From Geosiphon pyriformis uo1 (Eukaryota; Fungi; Glomeromycota): DNA of 64,000 nt. Under the pieces are notes generated by a model, which was not told the origin of the DNA, ran no database searches, and worked only from the letters and a program-made list of their open reading frames with translations. This document shows, in pieces, positions 62,901 to 64,000 of the stretch. Where the stretch lies: assembly GCA_016748015.1 (NCBI GenBank), contig JAAOMT010000571.1, forward strand, positions 747,095 to 811,094, in the 5' to 3' direction. The first letter of the stretch is position 1. Every line of letters begins with the position of its first letter. Position numbers and translations under genes: made by a program.

Positions 62901-63975
62901 TTATCTTCTTCTCTCCCTGAAAGATCTTCCATCTCTTCCCCCGCGATCCCGATCCCTTTCTACATTCCTTACTCCGTTCCTGTCACGATCTCTTTCTCTA
63001 TCCCGATCCCTGCCTCCACGTTCTCTAGTATCGCGTCCAAGCGTACTACGAAAAACTCTGGGAGAATCTCTATCTCTTCCTATTGCACGATCTCGTGGCT
63101 GATCTCTTATTGTATTACTCGAACGACGTTCGATCAATCCACGTGAAGCAGGCATCCCATAAAATACAGCCACATCCAAAAAATCCCCGATCACAAAACG
63201 CGCATCGTCCAGATTATTGTCTTCCTCTACAGTATTGCGCGAATTCATTACCATCCCTAGATCTTTAAACATGTAACAATTCCGTAACTGGTCTTGGTAG
63301 ACTAATTTGAATGAAATTCGGGCATTTAGGCGTTGCGCATCAGGTTTTATTTGTTTGATAAGGTTTGCAATTTCTTTGAGTGTAGCGTCTTTCCTATAGT
63401 CAAATAACATAAGTGGTCAAATGGGTTCAAGTCATGTTATGAAAGAGATAATTATTGTGCTACCATGTGTATATTTGAACTTCATGGTTTGTTGGCTGTT
63501 CGTCTATTGTGTATTTGTCAAGGCTTTGAGAAAGAAATTCAGAAAAACTTTTTAAAGACAACCATAATTTAAAAATAATAGTATGATATATTAGTCAATT
63601 AATATCCTTACCCATGATGCGAACCCTCCTGACAAAAAATTCTAAGCAAAAAAGGACATGTCTAAAACAAAATTAAATAATTAAAATTTTTATTCAGACC
63701 AAATATTTCACAAAAAAATATGCTTGAATTGCACCTTTTCTCGATCTACCACGATTTTGGCTTTTCCTGTGCCGGAGGGGTTAGCTGTAAGAGAGGATTT
63801 TCCAAGTTCAGACGTGGCACGACGTTTAATTGGCTCATTGTTCTCTGGTTTAACCGTTGGAAAATTCTTGACGTCTTCCATGGCTGCCCCTTCGGACGCT
63901 TCTCCTATAGTTGAGATTGCAGCTTCTTCACCTGCGTCTGAATCAGCTCTTGGAGCTAGTTTCGCCACTTGTACC
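62901..63975 (-). CDS. SAP18: Sin3-associated protein SAP18; the first exon probably lies outside the window
   Basis: VDREK|TCPFLL, QIYTW|KDATLKE, LDDARFVIGDFLDVAV, RD-rich tail; exons 63735-~63975, 63612-63661, 63464-63523 and 62901-63393. Confidence 0.93.
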
Positions 63976-64000
63976 CTATTTGTTTCTGTGGGAATTCCAC

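Noticed and set aside
62881-63102. Plus-strand SRSLS-repeat ORF
   Set aside because: Antisense of the RD-rich tail of SAP18

Overview
Eukaryotic fungal DNA. The repeat families, Sel1 repeats and short introns resemble Glomeromycota, possibly Geosiphon; this is an inference from recall. Bases 1-~53,600 are a nested, CpG-depleted transposon graveyard. It holds five copies of an APE-RT-RNaseH LINE family, an older LINE of a second family, a full-length dUTPase-carrying Ty3/Gypsy element, two solo LTRs, a tandem mini-LTR array, and a pogo-type TIR element carrying captured Sel1 repeats. Extremely AT-rich blocks still align to these elements in purine/pyrimidine space, which indicates near-complete C>T/G>A erosion. 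Bases ~54,000-64,000 are CpG-rich and genic: an RCHY1/Pirh2-like gene, RRN6/TAF1C with an in-frame FAR1-type DNA-binding domain, and SAP18. Between RRN6 and SAP18, on the minus strand, lies a frameshifted relic of an IS607-like element. It comprises a serine recombinase TnpA overlapping a Fanzor2/TnpB RNA-guided nuclease gene, followed by a candidate omegaRNA hairpin and a GG right end. All calls come from manual reading and translation; no searches were run.
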